From NCBI GenBank assembly GCA_977030845.1, contig OZ365109.1, positions 61,690,001-61,754,000 of the forward strand: a stretch of DNA of 64,000 bases, written 5' to 3'. The position numbers were made by a program, and so were the translations under genes. Origin of the DNA: Fimbriosthenelais zetlandica (lineage: Eukaryota). The notes beneath the pieces are model-generated. The model was not told the DNA's origin and did not search any database. It saw only the letters and a list, made by a program, of their open reading frames with translations. Shown one piece after another: positions 1 to 12,487 of the stretch. The first letter of the stretch is position 1. Every line of letters begins with the position of its first letter.

Positions 1-3000
1 CTAGGTATGTAATGAATGGGTTTGGCGTAACATAATTAAGCATGAATGCCAGAATTAAGGTAAAAAAAAACGTTGGCTACGGTATTTGTGGAAGAGAAAT
101 GAACAAGATTTTATGAACATACATAGAGATCCTTGATTATGAACACAGTTAAAGACGATGAAAAATGTGGAAATGGCAAAGCAATCAGAAAAAAAACATA
201 TGACGTATGACCAACCTTCCAATAATGATAAACACTGATAAAATCTGTTCCAACCACCCACGAGATGGGAGGTAGGAACAGGAGACAAGAGGTAGGAACA
301 GGAGATGAGAATGGTGTGAGATGCAACAAATGAAATAACGCCGGATCAGGCCTGTCTTCTTCTATGACGACACCATCTCTGGTTGCGTGATGCAATTTTT
401 GTCTTTTCTGTGTTGTCCATTGGCAACGCAAATGCCATCTGGCATTGATGGTGCAGGAGGGAAGAATCTCAACGAAAACTGGTAGGCTGGAGCTTTTACT
501 TCATGTTTTCTTTGATCTCATAATGATCAATTATATTGGACATAAGAAGCACACTCAGGATCTCATTAAGCCCTACCTGAACTGAGCATAACTAATCATC
601 TCATTTACCACTTCTTTTTTAGTTTTCTTATTTTTAATATATTATCATTAATTTAAGGTGATTATAAGACTACAAATAGCCAACGTAGGCATTTCCTTTT
701 TATCTGAATTCTATAATTGACTAATTGACAAGCATAATTATATAATTATGTATTTGTATTCTAGTCAATTCAAACCCTTTCTAGGCATGTGCACCGCATA
801 TTGTTGGGCCTGAACTTTGGCCTGAATAAATTAATTTAGGTGCATAGTCATAGTCAGCGGGCCTATAATCCGAAAGCTTGTAGAACTTGCTGTTGGGGAG
901 GTACCTGTGGGTATAAAATGTACCTCAATTTATCTTTTCCCTAATCAAAGATACAAATAAAAAAGAAATTTGCTCCTCTCTTACTGTTTTGTCTCAATTC
1001 TCTCCTGCTTCAATCGGAACAGGCATTTCCTTCCGGTGAATATCAATATTTCTTGCTTAAATTGGTCCCGAAAGGCAAAGCCAATATTGACTGAAGAGCC
1101 CGAGGGCCGAGGACAAAATGCTAATACACGTCTATATTCATGGATATTCATGAATTACTGACAAAGGCTGTATTTACATGTGACAGACATTGGATATTGA
1201 AAGCACAACTGCATGTAATCAAGGAAGAGACCTGGCAGTATAATTATATGTAGCCTATAATGTGCAGTCGAGAGAGGGTAGGCCTTTTATATCTCTAAGT
1301 CTAATTCTGTAGATAATGAGGAGTAATAATATTGTCTAAATAAAAGGGAAAGGTAAAGTAAAATTTGAAAAAATGTACAGATCCTCTACTATCCATAAAA
1401 ATAAAATTAGAATATCCTATATTTAATACATAAATTCAAAGGACAAACCCCTGAACAAACATCTTAAAGAACTTCATTTCAAGCTCGTTACATTTTAAAT
1501 ATTGCCTCCAGGAAATATTGAATGGCTTCTCGTTAAAGCAAGTTTTTGTCTCAGTTAATTTTCATTTATTTTTTGAATGGCCAGTCAATTGATTCAGTTC
1601 TGTCATTGGGAAAAGAAGGAAAATGAAGAAAAGCCAATTGAGCTGGCGTTAGAAATCCCCACTCCAATGTTTTAACTCAGACATGAGAAGGAAATCTAGC
1701 AGTGTACATACGTAGATACATGCAGATATGCCAATATACCAAAAAATTAGTAAACTTAAACAATGTCATGTATGAACTTAACATCGCTTATATAATGTGC
1801 ATGGATTCCTATTATTTCACCATTAGCCTCAACGTAGATTGAGTTATTAGGAAATAATGGATTGGATCCACAAATGTGGAGGGCTTAAATATTTTTAATA
1901 TATTGTCGGGGCGCATCGAAGGGGACTGGAGCTTCTAATTTGAACAAAATTAATACCTAGATATATAGGCCTACTGAATGTTATATTATCCATTTCAATG
2001 GCGCTACTTCAATATAGTAAACTACATCCATGAAATATATTGAAGATTTCAGTAGGCATATGAGTAGATGGCTTACATATAATTCACATTTTGTAGATTA
2101 TGATTGAGATGTCATATATCCCAACTCCAGACAGTTATTACTGCAGACGAGTATAAGAAAAACTCACAAGGTATGAAATAATAAACATAGTCATCCGTTT
2201 ATATTGAGAACATCCTCTCATCCTTATCAACCAATTAGAGGAAGGTATTCCCTTATCTGCGAAGCCAGGCTTCGGCCATTAACCAATGCTTGGAGAGTGA
2301 TGAAGCGGCTGCCAAGGAGGCCGACGGGATTTTCCTGATTTGACAAGCACAGCTTCACCAAACCATCTGTCATGGCGAAATGACAGGAAATTAGGACAAA
2401 ACTCTGTCGCTAGACTGTTCTTAAAGGGACAATATCCTAGATAAAATGTTAAGGACAAGCTGTACGTTTTAAATCAATCTATATATTAATGGATAGTGGA
2501 CATATGAATAGTTTAGTCACAAATAATGTTATCCTTTAAAACCTACTATGAATTTTATCTTTAACTCAATTAATTGCGTCCCCAATTTGGATAAATGAGT
2601 AGTAATGCGATAAGCATTTAGTTAGAATTTACAATTGGTTTATATATCGAATGCTATAGTTATACACTGGATGAAATGTCACTGCCTAAAGTCCAATATT
2701 TTGCAGCATTTGAGCGAGATTGACGTTAAAATCTATTGGCCTCAGTGTCACATAACGCATAATAAACGTGGCACTTGTAAAACTCCTTCAATAAAATGTG
2801 ACAAAGTCAATTAAAAGTAGACCTTATACAAGAAGAAACCTTGTCAATAACAGGGACAGACCTGAAGCAGTAGAGTTATAGGATATGGCCAGTTAGTTGC
2901 CTAATGCAGCGATAAAGGGAAAAAGACCATCGTATTAAAGGGTCATTTTATGGATATTTATGGACCTTGTAAAGGAATAGAGATATTTGGATACTCCCGT

Positions 3001-6000
3001 AAGACACCCACAAAAGACATAAAAACACCGTAGAGATTGAATAGATAAGGGAGAGGCATGACAATGTCATATTGAAATTGGCAGAGTTATTTCTCACCTG
3101 CTATAGTTGAGAGAGGCACCAGTGGATGAGTTGGTCTTCTGAGAGGAGCTGCTATTATCAGTCCACCAGAGGTTAGAGAGCAGCTCGTGAAGGAGGAGCA
3201 GGTAGAGGAGCAAGACAAGGACTCCAGCAGCCGGGAACATGCTCAGAGATGGTAACAAGGATATAGTCAGGGTCACCATGTCCTCCTGACAAGAGCCAGG
3301 TATACAGGCTCAATGAATCTAATAATATGATTATTATAAACCTTCCAGGCTTCTCATAGTATCCAGATTGATGATTCAAATCACATTCGTTTAGAGAAGT
3401 ATTAATTTTCAGCTGTCCGGATCATGCTTTATTCTAATCCAATTCAGGTTCACTTCAAATGATGGAAGAATTTTCCAAATGGAATGACACATCATAATAT
3501 TACGGATGATACCGTTGGCTTTACTCCAGGCAATAAAGCACATACATTTAAAGGCAATATTTGCTCCAGAGCAGCAATTAATAAGAACGAAGGTGAGGGC
3601 CACTGTGGCTTCAATACGAATCCCACTCAAAAAAACTGCTGGGCATCGGCTGTCTGCAGCAACAATGTATAATGATAAATGTTCCACTTGATAAAATCAT
3701 ATCTCAAAAGGGGTGGTGTTCCTGGTGCCCAAGTTCTGTGGTTTTATTTTGACAAGTATTGTCTCTCTTATGTCTAAATATGGTGGGAAACAGATTTCAT
3801 TTTAAACATTTCGAAAAGGATCCATTGGGTGCATGTATCTACCCTTCAAAATATTGTATTTGAGGACCGGCGAACCTACGTTTTATGACATTCCTTTTTG
3901 GATTGGTCGAACCGAGTAGTGACATTTCAAAACCGACATCGTGCAAAGGGTGTTTTCCGACCTTTCGAGTGTCATTTCCGGAAAGATGAATGAAGAGGAG
4001 ACTTAGGATCAGGTGAGTGAAGGAAAAATCTGACAAAGGTTCACCTTTTATATTATCCCGTATATATATGGTACTAAGGTTCCTGAAGCAGTATATCCAA
4101 GAAATGCAGCAAAACCGTAGTCTACATGTATATTTTACCCAGATTCACAGTGTATCTCTGGGTGTTTGGAATGATTCTCATACAATCTTTCCTTGCTGTG
4201 ATATAGGTCCCATTGAAAAAGTAATTGATGGTGGACTGTGCACATACCCGTTTTAGTTAACAGCAAGCTTTGTTGCTACTCAGGTATGTGTGACGGTTGA
4301 GTGCACACACCTTACAATTCACAATTGAATGCTTGCTCTTAATCGCATACATATCCAATATATTTAGTTGTTTTGAGTCATGGCAGAGTTGGAATTGTTT
4401 TATAGGTTGGTCGATCTTTCAACTGTCTTCAGAACTGTAACACAAAAGACAAACTAGTTTAATGTTTTAAATAAGCAATCGCATGGGTTTCATATAATGA
4501 CTCTTTTAAAATATTTTCAAGTTAAATATTACGATTACTATCTTATTATCATAGACTAGCAATTAGATATTTATGTTATTAGAATTGATTGATGGTTTTA
4601 GCCCCACATTCAAACAAAGGATTAATGCAAAATTTTAAGCTATTGGAAATATACCCGGTACAAGGATAAGAACATTGATTTCCATAGCATTCGCCTTTAC
4701 CAGATTAGTGAGATAAAAACGGATTCTAAATAATTCCATTCAATATATATACGAAACCCCAAATTTTAAACTGTAGGTAACCCTGTCCATGTGTGATCCT
4801 AGCCAAAAATATTATACAGAACATTGCTGCCAAGGAATAAACTGTTTCATTATGATAACTGAAGTCTCCTGTATCCTCTAGGCCGCAGAAGCTTCCAGCC
4901 AGGATAAACATGGTTATTGTGCATGCATTGGAGCTGATAACACAGTTAGCAAAGCTGTCTGTAGGACCTGGATGGTAGGCTACCCTTTCACATCTAAAGT
5001 TGAATACAATTCCACCCAGGGAGTCTGAAAAGGCAGCTTCAGCCAGAATCGCCTTTAAATTTGTGACCTTTTGCTTTCAATAAACCAAAGTTAGAATGTA
5101 TATAGCTACAAATCTATGCCTAAAGCCAGCTAGGAGTACGACATACGTCATTGGCAAGTAGCATCAATGGATCTCCCTTGAGACATCTCTCTATTGGTGC
5201 CTATATCTGCTTCTAAACATTCCATGTGACTGGCTACTGTAGTGTGGACCCTGTTGACTACACTCTCTAGAAGGCTTCCAGAAGCTTGAATGAGATAAAT
5301 GAAGTGATTAACGACCACCAAGCAATCTAAAACTATCAAGCCCCTGACTGGAGTCGAGCCACAAACCCAGAGAGAGTTTTTTCTCCTCCCTTTTGACAAT
5401 GATGCTGATACTTCATATCACTGTCTCAAATTTGACGACGATATATTGATCCTGCTCTATATATTATGAGAAAAAGTGCTCCTCCATGCTCCCTTACATC
5501 TATAATTTATGCAGAAAGGATGTATACTGAACTCCCACTGAAGTCTATGATTTCATATACAGGCATGTAGTAGGCCTATGTTTAAAAGACTACCTTTGGT
5601 CAGTCAATGCACAGAACACATGCACTGATTGGCGATATGGATATGGATATGGATAGATTAGTGTGTGGGAACCTTAAGGGGAGAACATGACGTTATTCCT
5701 CTCTCCTGTCTTATTTCTACCGCCAGCGACACCTCCTCTATAGCTGTTACTTGTCTCATCCTCTACAATGTTCAAAGAGCCAGACAATCTGCCTCACTCT
5801 CTTTCAGAGCTGAAAACTGAATAATTATGTACCTGCTTCTCTACAAGTACAATTATGCATGCAAGCTTACTAAATTATCTATCACCTCAATGTAAAGACC
5901 ACATAAGAACTGCCAGATTTGTTGTCAATGGTCTATAGATACACGATGTATGAAGGGAATTGGAAGCAAAAAGAGCTTAAGTAGAAATAAAATGATGGCA

Positions 6001-9000
6001 AATCCCTTGTCGTATAAAGTGGCATTCATTTAGGCTTACCAGCTTTGGCTTGAACCTATTGTCATTGCTTTTAGATACTTAGTGGCCATCCAAATTGAAT
6101 CTTGGATGAAATGTGCGATGAAATTGAACAGTGCTCGTGCGCATATTCTGTTAGCATAAACATACTTATAGGTTTTGTGATTATGTGACCCAAGATATCA
6201 CATTATTATGAACAGGAATAATTGTGGATGTCAAAAGACTAAACATGCATGACTGCACACTTTTATTTTCCAATCATGGCCTCAGGAAAGGCAGTAAAAA
6301 CAAACCGTTTCACAGACACCACCTTATTGGCAACGCTTTATTTACTGAGCACTTACACAAGGAAGGGTGAGTCTGCTGACGCTGTTTTGCATCAGAGATG
6401 TGAGATGGTTGCGAAATTCGACCTGTAGAGGGCAGGGAAAGCGTCAACCAACCGGAAGCTGCTGACTGCGCCTGTGCCAACAAACAGTGGAGACAAATAT
6501 TGTATTGGTTATTGAGAAATAGGGAGAAGTTTTAATTACATGCCTTATATCCCACTTGTGCAGACATTAATCTGCTAGAGCAAGATATCCACCTTTCCTT
6601 TCGTATCCTAATTAATTTTTGTTTTTAGATAGTTTTTGTAAGGACAATTTGTCAATGGGCCAGGGCCTATTCGAGGGGGACCATAGGCCTAGCTATAGGT
6701 GTATCAGTTTGACTTTGAGAGATGACACTTCAGCTTAGACCCTAATCGGTACTCCTAATTGTCATGTGCAGCTGCCTCTGCCCCGAGATGTTTGAAACAG
6801 AGCTGTATATTTTTGTACATGTAGGCTATACACGTAATATTCTGTGAAATAATCCAAAATTGTTATTATATTATCGTAGGAAGTAGATTATTCTAGATAA
6901 TACAAAATCATTTTTAATACACGAGGACCGCTATTATAACCTATAGACGTTCATGTATACCGTAAATTGATATGGCCCACATGTAGACGAGAGGACCCAT
7001 GGTAGATATAATGTACCCTGTCATAGACTAAGACTGTATTGACATATCCCACATCCCACAGGAGGCATATTTTACTGGATGAGTTGCCAATTTCCGTCAT
7101 ATTATATTATCTCAAATTCAGAACTAGAACAACTTCTCGTCCTATTATGAGAAAGAGAATCTTAATTTTATTGGAGGACATAAATTATGCATCAAAACTG
7201 TCGTTGTATGGAATAGACAGTTTATAATCGCAATTTGTTTGGTTGGGTATTGTGACTATCGTATAGCCATGAAACTAACAGCGGCAGCAACAACCATGAG
7301 TTAATGTTTGGACATTTCAATACGTGAACGCTAATTGTGTTTTTTTCTTCCAGATTTCCATTGTAAGCAGTGCCAATCTATATTTGCATCTGGGATCAAA
7401 ACCAATAATTGTGGTGACCTCCCATTTTCTTAAAATTGCTTGTAAAACATGTATACACGATATCAGTTGTATATAGTAGAGTGCATTTCTACAGCCCCAT
7501 TTCATTTTTGAGTGTAATATCAAGGTCGTTGCGACTCGTTCAATTTCCATTGAACACCCATTTATCCCTTTAATGCTTCCTTTTAGACAATTAGACAAAT
7601 ATACACAACCAGGGATAATTGTGAGAAACACATGCATGAAGTAGGTATATATTCTTGTGTATAGTACTCCCTCTTTAATGAACCATTGATATGTTTAGTT
7701 TTGTAATGGACCATTATGCTGTATTGCGGATTGCTTGAACGAGCATGCATGTAATAGCGAAACAGTACTTAGTTCCGACCGACAGTATGAGTTCCATACC
7801 CCATCCACTTCTATACGTCATCGCTTTTAATCTGACACATTTAGTCCTGATCCATGTAGGCAAATGTACCATTAATAATTTATTTCTTCTACCTGTTGCA
7901 ATACCTCCCAACTGTTATCATTCATTCCTCGCTGATTAAATCTGTGCAGCCTGTAATAAAACCTGATAAAAAATCTTTCTCATAATTCTATACTTTTGCC
8001 AATAAAAATATTAATTTTGTATTTCACATCCTAAATATCTAGCTACATTTTTCACCATTGGTGTCACTCATAACTACATATACAAAAAGGTGTACAATGC
8101 AGCGCCATATATGAAACAGATCCCCGTTTCTTTTAACTACACTTATCTCTTATTACCTACATGTATTATACTTATTTTTCCTTCTGAGTCTCGCAATATG
8201 ATTTACTTACATTTCCCAATATTTCCCATACAATTGAAGTGGCTGGACTCAAGTCGTTTAACTTTACATTGGGCCCATTTTGGCTCGACAGAATTGTAAA
8301 AAAGAATTATACGTCGCCACGTCAATGCAGATGATAAAACTATTTTGAATATAAAATTATAAATTATGTAATAAATTATAATAATATTCGTCATAAACTT
8401 TAGAGAAGACATGACCAGATTATAAAAGGGAATGATTATAAGGTCAAGTACAAATAACTGTATACCATTACCTTTTCCCAATTCCTTTGAAACCTCAACC
8501 CATACGCAGATGGTCAAGCTCTTCATAAAGGTTTGGTGTTTTATACTGCTTGTTGCGGAGGCGATGTATGTTTGAGTACATGCATAGAGGAGTTATCGGT
8601 GATATAACTTCTGTTTATGTTGTTAATACATGCATCCTTGCAACAAAAGTGAGATCTGGATTGAGACACAAAAAAGAATCTAGGCATTTGAAGTCTCTAA
8701 GCATGGCTATCTGTAAAGAGAATAATGGACATCACAGCCATGCAAATGTCTCCATGAAAAGCTAACGTTACTCCTGGGTCACTGCATGCTGCTAACCACA
8801 TGTGTTTGGGCTTAGAAGACTGATGCAGAATTCGCTTTCTAAGTGTCCATGGGACATGTTGCTCCTCCAAATCTTCCATAATGCTGTGGAGCTGCTCCAA
8901 ACTGCCGCAATAGACCAGGGCGAACTTCCCTGGAGCACAGAGATTAATGTCACATCTAATTCAGGTGTACACTCACTGCACTTTAGGTTTAACTCATGAA

Positions 9001-9115
9001 TTAGTGACCATTCCTTGAGGGCACTGAATATTTCAGATTAAATTAAATTCAATCCCACACGTAGGTGTTGCTTGGAACAATACGCCTAACTATCAATATA
9101 CGTCACTACTTAAAT

Positions 9116-9500
9116 ATAAATGTAAATCACAATCCATGGTTATCTACTTCCTATTTGTCCCAGATTTAGTCGGAGTAATGGCTGATAGATACAATAACAG
9201 ATTTCAGTAAAAAAAAAAAAAAAAAAGATTGGCCATCCAGGATATAACTCCGGGTTGTACATAGCATGGCTATAGCTGTATGACATCAGGAATGTACACA
9301 AAGATCCGTATCAAATATGTAGGCCTATGACCTTTTATCCCATTTTAGCCTATGAGTTCATATTGTTCAGCGATGATTGTAGGCTGAACATAAATCTAAA
9401 TCACAATCCAGGGTTATTTGAAATCCTATTTGTCCCAGATTTTGTCGGAGTAACGGTTGATTGCTACAGATTCCAGTAAAACAGATTGACCAAGACCCAT
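9116..9500. repeat. Diverged direct repeat, two copies about 274 bp apart
   Basis: ataaatgtaaatcacaatccatggttat..cctatttgtcccagatttagtcggagtaa at ~9116 recurs as ataaatctaaatcacaatccagggttat..cctatttgtcccagattttgtcggagtaa at ~9390. Confidence 0.75.
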
Positions 9501-12487
9501 ATACACGCAGTGTACATTCAGGGCATATATACTGAGCTTATTAGCCATTTATACTGTATGATGATACTCGTATGCATATTACGAGTTGCTCCTTGTTGAG
9601 GGAGCTGATGTTGAGCCACGTGGTGTCAGAAACACACTGAGCAGCATGCCGAGCGTTGAGGACATGTGCTGCAGACTTTGTCCCGGGCAAACTGAGGGAG
9701 GGACTCCCTTCCCTCTCTCACATGTCTGCCTCCTTATTAGGCAGGAGCAGGTATAATCTGAGGGAAGGCATCAAAATCAGGAAGGAACGTTACGACCAGA
9801 AGGGAATGTTATATTTCAAGTCTAAAATAAAATACAAAGCAACTTTCGGACGAACACAGTTTCAGATATCGTTCAATATGGTAGGCCTGCTTATTCCACA
9901 AGCTGACAGGGCGTAGGAACATGCTCATCTAAGAATGTTCATCTACTAACGTAAATATTATTGCTTTATTATAATTATTCCCAGGTTCAAGTTCAGTTCC
10001 AGACTCCTATAATGGGCATAGTACTTAGCAGTGCATGCCATGGTATTGCTCAGGCTATTCATTCTTCTAAAAATGTATAGACATCACACCATTTTCCCTT
10101 GGGATTCTCACTGAACACCCGTTTGCTCCTCTCTGGCAGAGTGTTGACCCTTGCTTCATATGTTTCAGCATGGTTCTCATGAAAATGTATAAGTTGACCT
10201 TTCATGACAAGCACTGAAAGGTCTGAAAGATCTTTTCAAAAGGTCTGAAACAAGGCTTAACAGCAATTTTTATACAACATAATACTTAATTTGCAAGATG
10301 GAATATATCTTTTTAATTATTTTTCCTTTAGAACTGAAGAATTATTATGAAGTTCATTAATCTGAATAATACGAATGATTAAACCAACTTTTGGATCCTG
10401 ACATGGTATCCAAAATTTGGTATTATTGCATGGTTTACAAGATGAGATGTTGGTTGGGATTCAGCTAGATGACGCCAAATCCTCTCAATCCAAAGAAAAC
10501 GTATATCACCATAGACAAAATCAATAAATGGACATCCTAATGCCTTTTATGTGATCAATTACCTACACAACCCGCATCTTTTGCTCGGAATACTTGAGAG
10601 ATATTCCTGAGAGTAGATCTACCAGAAGAAAGACCGTCTGAATATTGACTCGCCAGCTAGGGACTGGGCTATAGCTAGAGCTGTGTTATTTTTCAGTTCA
10701 ATTCCAACATTATAGCCTAATTGCTAAAATTAGGTTAAAAATCTTTTATGAACTTATAAACTATAATAATATAGTACTTGGAATAGAGCTTAGAGATATT
10801 GCTGTTATTCATCAAAAGCTCATGAAACTATAGACCTAAATTTCTACATATAGAATTAGAATCTAAAAGGAATGCCCCGAGATCATGCAAGCATTTTAGG
10901 TCCAATCAATCCCGAAAGAAGGCAGACCTGTACGTTATTTTTACAAAATCAATTTGGTTTTTGGGACTTATTGTCCTATTTGTGAATGTCACTTCAGGAT
11001 TTCTTCCATTTGTGCTTGATGGATAATGACCTCTTATCTCTACCACCCATGATGGTCAAATTGGCAGATGGACAAAAGATTGGATTCGCATCATAAAATG
11101 ACACGTCCCTCTATTTTGGCTTCCTGATAACACACTTGAGTGCTCATAATTAGTCATCCTTGCTGAGCAGTGTTATAATGAGCCTGATTATGAAAAGCTA
11201 TTGATTTTGTGCCAACAAGCAAAAGCAGCCATAAGATTTAACAACCACGTCAGAGAAGACTATATATTATGTCAACATGGACAAGTTTATTAAACCTCTA
11301 ATAAAGAAGTCTAGGGAGTTTAACGCGCTCAATCTTTGTTGGGTGGGATTCCAAGTACACGTATACATAATGGGGACTGGTGGGATTTGGGGGTGGGGGC
11401 CGGGCGAGGCGGGGGCTAAATAACATTGAGCGATATTAACATTAGGCATGGGCCATATCGATTGGGGCTTGGGGCTGGGGTTTATAAATGAGGATGGAAT
11501 TTAGGGGCTGGGCTGGGGCAGTGGGGGGGGGGGGGTGGAAATTGGAGCCGCCGTTAACGTAAAAGACACCATTTTTGGCCAGGAAAGGCGGATAGGGGCC
11601 GATGGTTTAGCTATCTTATAAATTTCTGTCTCTGTGTGCAAACTAGATATCAAGATTTCTCAGGTGATAGAGCAGATGGTCGCAATAGGAAAAAATAAGT
11701 TCTACGTTCAGTTAGGCTATACTGTAGATCTATTAGTTTTCCAGTGACCAAACTTCTCGCCAATGCTAGAACCGGTTGGGGGCGCCGTCACTTATGCATA
11801 TATATGGCGTCCACGGTTACGACAAAGTTACTTCCGGTTTTCCAATGCCTTTTTTATCAAACTTATTAAAATGGACATCTTTTTATCCATTTATGTAGGA
11901 ATCCCCAAATAAATGCACTGGAACAAAAATGATGTAATATTGTGAAGATTAAATATTGATGGGACATAGTGAGAGAATTAGAAGAATATTAGAAGATATT
12001 AGAGTAGGGACCAACGCCACAACCGGGGAAAACGGAAACTAACTGCCAAGATGGCCGCCGTAAACAGCAATTTATCAAGGAATCCTGGCAACTCCCCACT
12101 GCTACTCTAATTGTCATCCCCCTAATCAGGACTGCATATTTTGATCTAGCTGACTTTCATTTTCACCGTTTGATGTAGGCATGTAGGCCCTATGTACGGT
12201 ACAAAAAAACTACCACTAACAATTCTAAAAATTGTGCCTACTGATGCGCCGTCTAGTGAGAAAATACTGAAGTAGAGTATGGGCACCTGTCAACTGTCAT
12301 GGCGAACGCAGCGGGTTAGGTATGCTGCAAATCAGTCCGTCAAAACACGGACACAAACTGATATGGAAAGGTCATGGCTCTAGAGCGAAGTGCAGTTGCC
12401 ACCTAGGCAGAACCTTACTCTAAGGTAGAACAATTTGAGATATCCAATCGAAATAACATCTGTGCCTCGAAGGTGAGGAGAGCTGTC

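Noticed and set aside
55-1161. ORFs 55-288, 111-431 and 970-1161
   Set aside because: No recognisable domains or convincing exon chain; includes a short 17-bp direct repeat (gaggtaggaacaggaga).
5335-5370. tRNA-like T-arm on the minus strand (gtggctcgactccagtcagggg)
   Set aside because: Degenerate B-box only, with no cloverleaf or A-box; at most a SINE remnant.
6300-10650. Further minus-strand exon-like islands (~6360-6420, 8770-8929, 9576-9695, 10568-10640) and ORFs 7317-7637 and 8203-8526
   Set aside because: Could not be chained into a consistent frame or matched to any family I recognise; may be decayed repeats.
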